12,043 nucleotides of DNA from an uncultured archaeon (GTDB lineage Archaea; Asgardarchaeota; Lokiarchaeia; Sigyniarchaeales; SOKP01). Below, piece by piece: positions 1-5,710 of this stretch. The notes below the pieces were generated by a model. The model was not told the DNA's origin, made no database searches, and saw only the letters and a list, made by a program, of their open reading frames with translations. The stretch's first letter is position 1; every line of letters begins with the position of its first letter. The translations under genes and the position numbers were made by a program. Where the stretch lies: assembly GCA_964508365.1 (NCBI GenBank), contig CAZDTP010000088.1:1-12043 (forward strand), in the 5' to 3' direction.

Positions 1-394
1 TGTAAACAGGTGCTCCAGGGGTTGCCGGGTTGGAAACATTAATAATTGCCAAGCCAGATAAACCATCCGCTACGTACGCGAAATCTCCGCTCACGAAAAC
101 ACCCCATGCATACCCGGTTGTGTCTTCGTAGGTATACGGCCCAGGATTTGCTGGGTTGGCAATATAGATAATCCCCAACCCCGAATCAAAATCTGCTACA
201 TAGGCGTAATCTCCTCTCACGTAAACATCCATTGCCTCTCCCATCGTACTTTCGTAGGCGGGCGTTCCCGGGTTTGTCGGGTTGGAAACATCGATGACCG
301 CCAATCCCGAATAGCGATCTGCAACGTAGGCGTAATTCCCGCTCACGTAAACGCCATGTGCCTCTCCGGTCGTGTTTTCATAGATGGGCGTTCC
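1..394 (-). repeat. Coding tandem repeat, 126-bp/42-aa unit, 3 full copies plus a partial fourth
   Basis: Units at 394..269, 268..143, 142..17 and 16..1 align without gaps (shared YE.T.G.A..V.V.G..AYVAD..SGL..I...NP..PG). Confidence 0.88.
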
Positions 395-529
395 CATGTA
401 TATAGGATCGAGAATACTGCTAGCCGTCAACCTCGCTTGGGTAGGATTCTTCTCTTTACTTGGAATTAGGAAAATCATTGAAATTAGTAGAGTAATCAGC
501 ACGATATTTATCATTTTTGATCTTAGCAT
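1..529 (-). CDS. Secreted or membrane-anchored LVIVD-repeat (beta-propeller) protein, 5' part only; runs off the left edge
   Basis: Manual translation from ATG at 529: MLRSKMINIVLITLLISMIFLIPSKEK... (basic N-terminus plus hydrophobic stretch), then 42-aa repeats such as GTPIYENTTGEAHGVYVSGNYAYVADRYSGLAVIDVSNPTNP, matching the LVIVD pattern (V.V.G.YAYVAD...GL.IIDVSNP..P). No stop in 176 codons. Absent from the ORF track, presumably because the stop lies outside the window. Confidence 0.88.
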   Translation of the reverse strand, partial: MLRSKMINIVLITLLISMIFLIPSKEKNPTQARLTASSILDPIYMGTPIYENTTGEAHGVYVSGNYAYVADRYSGLAVIDVSNPTNPGTPAYESTMGEAMDVYVRGDYAYVADFDSGLGIIYIANPANPGPYTYEDTTGYAWGVFVSGDFAYVADGLSGLAIINVSNPATPGAPVY

Positions 530-617
530 TGATTCACACAACTCTCTTTATTTTTTTTCAAATGAATCTCACCAAAATTTTTGATTAAAAGTTATTAATT
601 AATTAGATCGTTTGTAA

Positions 618-647
618 TAAAAAGTCATAAGGACTAAAATTCTACAA
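618..647 (-). promoter_or_regulatory. Conserved 30-bp upstream element with TATA-like end, copy S1 (upstream of LVIVD gene)
   Basis: TTGTAGAATTTTAGTCCTTATGACTTTTTA; ungapped match to S2, S3, S4; ends 89 bp before the LVIVD ATG. Confidence 0.55.
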
Positions 648-690
648 TAAAAAAATAGAGAAGTTTGAACTTCTATAAAATTAATTAGAA

Positions 691-714
691 GGGAGGATTT
701 CGCCCAAATCTCCC
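691..714. other. GC-rich bulged hairpin and short direct repeat in AT-rich intergenic DNA
   Basis: gggaggattt-cgccc-aaatctccc (9-bp stem, one bulged G); CCCAAATCT is tandemly repeated at 703..720. Confidence 0.35.
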
Positions 715-762
715 AAATCTCCTAAAATAAATAATTCCTAAACTCAATATCTGTTTAATCAA

Positions 763-792
763 TATAAAATCACTAGGACTAAATTTATACAA
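763..792 (-). promoter_or_regulatory. Conserved 30-bp upstream element with TATA-like end, copy S2
   Basis: TTGTATAAATTTAGTCCTAGTGATTTTATA; same orientation as S1 and 145 bp upstream of it. Confidence 0.55.
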
Positions 793-867
793 AATATTAT
801 AAGAATAGCAAAGAGGTTTTCAAAAAAAAAAGAATAACCAAATAAATGCTTTAATCTATATGTAATA

Positions 868-2187
868 CTATTGCTTCTTTCTTTCGTTATTTTCGTCTAG
901 ATATTTCATTTCTTCATCTGAGATTTTTCCAATCTCATCTTTAAACTCCTCATAAAGCGTGGAGAATTCAGAAATAAACGAGAGGGGTGATTTTATCAAC
1001 TCAGTTTTAATAGCTTCATATTCTTCTTCGTCTGGAAATATTTTTCGAAGTTTGTTTTCTAGTTCTAACGGAATTTTTATGTATTTTCCTGTTAGAAAGA
1101 GCGGTTGTTTTTTGTTTTTAATGACCTTATAAGGGAAGTTTGAAAAATACTTTTCAATCAATTCGAATGCTGCATCGTATTGAGACATATCCTTAACCGA
1201 ATTTTTTAATTCTCGTTCAAATTTCATCTCAAAATCGTCAGTGAACTTAATTACAGAATCTCTTAACAATTTTGAAGTTTTTGAGGCGACTAAACCTACA
1301 GTTATATTTTTAGATTCTTTTAAGATCAAAATACCCTTTTCTAGATTTATATCTAAAAGACCACCAATATGCATTACTTCTTCGCTCATAAGCTGTACTG
1401 CATTTAAAAAGCCAGTGAAAATTGCTTCACTTATATTTGTATCAGACCAATCATGATCATACAAGGGTTGACCATCCCTATCTTTAACAACAATTCTATA
1501 GATTGTAAAGGGTAATATGTATAATAATTTTGGTTCTCTCGCAAGTGTAAATATAAAAATAAGAGAGCCTATCATAGTCATAAAACCAGATACTAATATT
1601 AGGAGTGTTTCAAAAAGATATAAAACATAAAATATAAGCCCTAAAGGACAAATGAATAAAATCCCTATAAAGAAAATATTAGCTTCCTTTTTTATTAAAA
1701 AAGGAGCATTCCTCCAAGTTTTTATACCCCAATAAAATAAATATAATATAGAGATACTAGTAAACAAAATTCCCATAATATTAAAGGATCCTGCCCAATC
1801 TACTCTCAGGTATCCCGCTTCCAAATCTATTCTAGTAGCACCAGGTTGCATACCGATGTAGATAAATAATGTACTTAGCCCACATATGACTAAAAGGCCT
1901 TTAGAATAAAATGTTTCTTTAATTGTATAGGTCACACCAATCGTTATACATATGGTCATGGGTATAAGAATTAATCCATCAAAAATAGAAATAAATTCAT
2001 TAATTAAAAGAATTGCTAAACCGTCAAATAAGATATATATCCAGAAGAAAATCCATCCTAGTCTAATAAAGAATAGTGATTTAATCTTCTTAGATTTTGG
2101 AGAATAATAGGAGATACTTAAAACAATTAAACCTAGAGCTACGATTATAAAATCAACAATAACCTCCATATTCCAATTTAAAACCAT
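868..2187 (-). CDS. 7-TM membrane protein fused to a C-terminal longin-like domain, copy 1 (439 aa)
   Basis: Seven hydrophobic segments in residues ~7-215 with basic inside loops. The soluble part (YRIVVKDRDGQPLY...IFTGFLNAVQLMSEEV...GILILKESKNITVGLVAS...FTDDFEMKF...FELIEKYF) has the beta-beta-alpha-beta-beta-beta-alpha-alpha pattern of longin folds. About 52% identical to 5711..7015 by manual count (227/434). Confidence 0.8.
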   Translation of the reverse strand: MVLNWNMEVIVDFIIVALGLIVLSISYYSPKSKKIKSLFFIRLGWIFFWIYILFDGLAILLINEFISIFDGLILIPMTICITIGVTYTIKETFYSKGLLVICGLSTLFIYIGMQPGATRIDLEAGYLRVDWAGSFNIMGILFTSISILYLFYWGIKTWRNAPFLIKKEANIFFIGILFICPLGLIFYVLYLFETLLILVSGFMTMIGSLIFIFTLAREPKLLYILPFTIYRIVVKDRDGQPLYDHDWSDTNISEAIFTGFLNAVQLMSEEVMHIGGLLDINLEKGILILKESKNITVGLVASKTSKLLRDSVIKFTDDFEMKFERELKNSVKDMSQYDAAFELIEKYFSNFPYKVIKNKKQPLFLTGKYIKIPLELENKLRKIFPDEEEYEAIKTELIKSPLSFISEFSTLYEEFKDEIGKISDEEMKYLDENNERKKQ

Positions 2188-2234
2188 TCTCTTTCTTTCT
2201 CTCTAATTATTAATTATGTTTTTTAAATTGAAGA

Positions 2235-3251
2235 TTATGTTGCATCGAGAATTTTAATAATATCTTCCTTTAAATCATTGTTTATGCACATTTCTCTGTC
2301 CAGATCTTGGTTTAAAGTAATTATACCATAATCTAATAAATTTTTTATGCGATAATATACATCTTCTCTCTTTTCATCAATTTTTTTATATATCTCTGAT
2401 TTGATGAAAGTATCATTCTCAATAAGCAAATGTATTATTTTGTTATTTATTCGATCTCTTAAGATGAAAAGGATTCTCCCAACATCCTCATCAAGTTCAA
2501 ATGGAAGAAGAACGGAGTAATGTCCAACTTTTATCTTTTTAACGTAATTAAATTTCAGAAGCATCTCCAAATGCCATACTAATTGTCCAGAACTCCCCGC
2601 TTCTTCTGATAAAGCTTTTTTTCTTATATTTGAAAAGTGTACTCCAGGGTTCATTCTTATATATCTGTAAATCCTATTTCTAACATGATTTGAAAGAACT
2701 GTTTCCCTTGAGAATTTTGAACCCTCAATCAATATTTTTTTATTTATTAAAAATTGTATTATGAATAAAAGACCATTTCTAGGTATTTTTAATCTTTTTT
2801 TTGCCGCGTTGTATAAAGTTTCCATATTCAATACTTTATTTTCACTTAAAAGTTCTTCAGCTATCTCTATAACGCTCTTTACAGTTGGATGTTCTAATCC
2901 GATTCCTTTAGTTAAAATCTGAAGTTTCATATTAGAGATAATTAATTGTATAGATAAATCTAAATGGGATATCTGATATACAATAATATATAAATCTTCT
3001 TTCAACTCGTTGAAAAGTTTTAAATAATCTGTTAATTTCCCTTTTGAAGCTTTTATAAATTTAAGTTTTATTAATTTTCTAATAATGGTGTTCTTTATAT
3101 TTCTATTAGAGAATTTATAAAGATTACTTTTTAGTAAAAATAAGTATAACTTATCTTTAAACAGAAATGATCTGGAATCTGGAGCATTAGAATTAGTCTT
3201 TAAATCATTTCTTAAATGATTCAACATAATAAGGAGGCTTCCACACATCAA
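2235..3251 (-). CDS. Multi-winged-helix transcriptional regulator (COG3398-like double wHTH plus N-terminal helical domains), copy 1
   Basis: R.RIY.YI..NPGVHFS.I...GSSGQLVWHLEMLLKFNYV followed by a second ArsR-like wHTH. About 55% identical to 4719..5669 from the shared Met (127/231, manual count). Start uncertain: 3251, 3227, or the conserved Met at 2930. Confidence 0.8.
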   Translation of the reverse strand: MMCGSLLIMLNHLRNDLKTNSNAPDSRSFLFKDKLYLFLLKSNLYKFSNRNIKNTIIRKLIKLKFIKASKGKLTDYLKLFNELKEDLYIIVYQISHLDLSIQLIISNMKLQILTKGIGLEHPTVKSVIEIAEELLSENKVLNMETLYNAAKKRLKIPRNGLLFIIQFLINKKILIEGSKFSRETVLSNHVRNRIYRYIRMNPGVHFSNIRKKALSEEAGSSGQLVWHLEMLLKFNYVKKIKVGHYSVLLPFELDEDVGRILFILRDRINNKIIHLLIENDTFIKSEIYKKIDEKREDVYYRIKNLLDYGIITLNQDLDREMCINNDLKEDIIKILDAT

Positions 3252-3285
3252 TACAAATTCTATGAAACAATAATTGAATCAATCC

Positions 3286-3315
3286 TATAAAATCATATAG
3301 ACCAAAATTCTACAA
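3286..3315 (-). promoter_or_regulatory. Conserved 30-bp upstream element with TATA-like end, copy S3 (upstream of regulator copy 1)
   Basis: TTGTAGAATTTTGGTCTATATGATTTTATA; ends 35 bp before the ATG at 3251. Confidence 0.6.
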
Positions 3316-3517
3316 AAAAAAAATCAATCTACCTTTTTTATTAGACAAAAGTAAAATCCTATAGTATCATGAATATGAGGATAAAACCGTTTTGAGAATT
3401 TCAAATCATCTAATAAGTTAGTTCCAAAAACTTCAGTTAAATCTTTCACTCCATAATCATATTGAAATATTTTTAATATTAAGTTATATTCTTAAGGTTT
3501 ATAAGAGTATCTAAATA

Positions 3518-3537
3518 TTAGGACAACATAGTCCAAA
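3518..3537. promoter_or_regulatory. Imperfect palindrome TTAGGAC-N6-GTCCAAA upstream of the methyltransferase
   Basis: The half-site resembles the RGTCC core of S1-S4. It lies just downstream of a TATA-like TTTATAAG at 3498..3505. Confidence 0.3.
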
Positions 3538-3633
3538 AGGAAATAATGTATATTCAATTAGAGTTGATTTTTAATTTCTTTAAATACTAATTCTATCCTC
3601 AATCTTGCTAAACAATATGGTTATCTTCCCTAT

Positions 3634-4539
3634 ATGATTGAAAGATATTTTCAATTCTTAGGAGAAGATCAAACAATCCAACTATTAAAGGCAAATGAAA
3701 TTCCATTAACACCTTCAATAAGAGTTAATTTGCTAAAAATAGACGCGCAAACCTTAGAAAATAGACTAAACGGCAAAGGGTTTAAGTTAGAACCAATTGA
3801 TTGGATACATAATGGATTCAAAATTAGGAACTCTCCTTTAAATTTAGGATCAACTCACGAATATCTTCAAGGATTTTATTATATACAAGGTGTTGCTCCA
3901 ATGTTGCCTGCATTCATTCTTGACCCAAATCCAAGTGATGTTGTGATTGATATGTGCGCAGCTCCAGGTGGAAAAGCAACACACTTGGCACAAATCATGA
4001 ACAACAAGGGAAGTTTAATATTAATAGAAAGAAATAGAAATAGGATACCCGCTTTAGATTTTAATCTTCGAAGAATGGGTGTTTCCAATTCGATTGTTAT
4101 AAATGAGGATGCTGTGAATCTGTCAAAAATGAATTTGAAGGCAGATAAGATTTTATTAGACGCACCATGCACGGGAGAGGGATTAATTAGGCAAGATCCT
4201 AGTAGAAAAAGGAGTAAAACTATGAAAGATATCAATAAATTAAGCACGATTCAAAGAAAATTACTAAAAACTGGATTAAATTCCTTAAATCCCGGAGGAA
4301 AACTATTATATAGTACCTGTTCGATTGCACCAGAAGAAAACGAATTAGTTATAGATGATGTGCTAAAAGATAATTCAGACTTCGCTATTGTTAAGCTACC
4401 AAGAAAATACGGCATAGATGGAATAATTGAAGTTTATAATAAAATGCTTAGGGAAGATCTCAAATATTCTCAGAGACTTTATCCTCATATTCACAATACA
4501 ATTGGATTTTTCGTATGTTTAATTCAGCGGAAAAAATGA
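3634..4539 (+). CDS. nop2: NOL1/NOP2/Sun (RsmB/NSUN) family RNA m5C methyltransferase
   Basis: SAM-binding DMCAAPGGK, motif IV LLDAPCTGEG and motif VI YSTCSI (both catalytic Cys present), and C-terminal RLYPH.H.T.GFF. Homology probably extends upstream of 3634 (see findings). The symbol is family-level. Confidence 0.93.
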   Translation: MIERYFQFLGEDQTIQLLKANEIPLTPSIRVNLLKIDAQTLENRLNGKGFKLEPIDWIHNGFKIRNSPLNLGSTHEYLQGFYYIQGVAPMLPAFILDPNPSDVVIDMCAAPGGKATHLAQIMNNKGSLILIERNRNRIPALDFNLRRMGVSNSIVINEDAVNLSKMNLKADKILLDAPCTGEGLIRQDPSRKRSKTMKDINKLSTIQRKLLKTGLNSLNPGGKLLYSTCSIAPEENELVIDDVLKDNSDFAIVKLPRKYGIDGIIEVYNKMLREDLKYSQRLYPHIHNTIGFFVCLIQRKK

Positions 4540-4551
4540 TATAAAAATAAA

Positions 4552-4560
4552 TTTTTTTTT
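4552..4560 (+). terminator. Oligo-T tract, possible archaeal terminator of the methyltransferase
   Basis: T9 begins 13 nt after the stop; overlaps the 5' end of element S4. Confidence 0.3.
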
Positions 4561-4586
4561 AGAAATTTGGTCCTAATGTGTTTATA
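4557..4586 (+). promoter_or_regulatory. Conserved 30-bp upstream element with TATA-like end, copy S4 (upstream of regulator copy 2)
   Basis: TTTTAGAAATTTGGTCCTAATGTGTTTATA; ends 133 bp before the ATG at 4719. Confidence 0.6.
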
Positions 4587-4718
4587 TATCTCTATTTCTT
4601 AATCAACTTGAATTAATTCTTTTTACGATAGGTAAGAGAATTGGGTGGAATTCTGTGTTTTCTTCAATAAAAGATTTAATCCAAATTTTTCTTTCAACAT
4701 AATGTCATTTAATAAGAA

Positions 4719-5669
4719 ATGATGCTTCAAAGTGAAATAGTTTTTTATTTGTTAAGGTTCTATCTTTGTACTAAAAATAATAAAATTGAAAGAAGAAATA
4801 GTTTTAAAAAGCTAATAAAAGTTGAAATTTGGGGAGCTTCTTTTGGAACTTTTTCAAGATTTATAGAATTGTATTTTGAATTGAAACAGGAATCTAAAGA
4901 TAATGCAGATATTAATGAAAATTTGGTAATCTGGATTAAGATTGATAAAGATTGGGATATTATGAAAGAAAAAATTATTAATCCACCCTTAAATTTAGAA
5001 CATCCGAACGTACAGCGTGTTATCGCCATAGCAGAAGATATGATGAATCAGAGTAAGATTCTCACTATAGAAAGATTGTATAATGTTTCGAAAAAAACTT
5101 TAAAAATCCCCCGATCTGGTCTAATATCAATTATTCATTTTTTAATCAATAATAATGTGTTACTTGAAGGTTCAAAATTTTCAAGGGAAACAGTTCTTAT
5201 GAATCATTTTAGGAAAAACATCTTAGATTATATACGACTAAATTGTTGTCCTCACTTTTCAATTCTAAGAAAAGAGGTTTTATCCGAGCGAGATGGAAAT
5301 CTAGGAAGCTCTGGGCAATTAGTTTGGCATTTAGAGATGTTAATGAAATTTAATTATATAAAAAAAGTAAAAGTAGGAAATTTCACAGTGTTTCTACCCA
5401 TTGAGATGGAAGTTGAGTTAGGAATAATTAATTTTCTATTAAGAGATGAAATAAATAGGAAAATCGTAGAATTATTAACAACACAAATTTCAATTAAAAA
5501 TTCAGAAATTTTTAAATTAATAGATGAAAACCGAGGAAAAGTCAATTACAGACTAAAAAATTTAATTGACTACGATTTAATTTGCCTTAAAGAAGATTCA
5601 AATAAGGAAGTCTATTTAAATCCAGATAAACAAGAGGATGTTATCAATATATTAAATATATTCAAATAA
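4719..5669 (+). CDS. Multi-winged-helix transcriptional regulator (COG3398-like), copy 2
   Basis: Paralog of 2235..3251 with an identical putative recognition-helix segment GSSGQLVWHLEML and EGSKFSRETVL. Alternative start at the conserved Met 4962. Confidence 0.8.
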   Translation: MMLQSEIVFYLLRFYLCTKNNKIERRNSFKKLIKVEIWGASFGTFSRFIELYFELKQESKDNADINENLVIWIKIDKDWDIMKEKIINPPLNLEHPNVQRVIAIAEDMMNQSKILTIERLYNVSKKTLKIPRSGLISIIHFLINNNVLLEGSKFSRETVLMNHFRKNILDYIRLNCCPHFSILRKEVLSERDGNLGSSGQLVWHLEMLMKFNYIKKVKVGNFTVFLPIEMEVELGIINFLLRDEINRKIVELLTTQISIKNSEIFKLIDENRGKVNYRLKNLIDYDLICLKEDSNKEVYLNPDKQEDVINILNIFK

Positions 5670-5710
5670 CGTTTATAAAAAAGTTAATTTAAATTTGTGA
5701 GAACGGAAAA

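Noticed and set aside
1-394. LVIVD repeats as a DGR variable/template pair or CRISPR array
   Set aside because: Differences are not adenine-restricted, no reverse transcriptase is in view, and the units are in-frame degenerate protein repeats without a repeat-spacer pattern.
384-584. 66-aa plus-strand ORF
   Set aside because: Antisense shadow of the LVIVD gene, which has a convincing repeat family on the minus strand.
570-586. Additional partial matches to the 30-bp element (also near 12001..12020)
   Set aside because: Only short AT-rich overlaps, lacking the full GTC core or the correctly spaced TG and TATA parts.
1241-1456. 71-aa plus-strand ORF
   Set aside because: Antisense within the 7TM-longin gene; no recognisable features.
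868-2187. 7-TM proteins as microbial rhodopsins or heliorhodopsins
   Set aside because: There is no lysine in the middle of TM7 in either copy and no rhodopsin helix C/G motifs.
3879-4247. 122-aa minus-strand ORF
   Set aside because: Antisense shadow of the methyltransferase core.
4760-5545. 89-aa and 63-aa minus-strand ORFs
   Set aside because: Antisense to regulator copy 2 and not conserved in copy 1.
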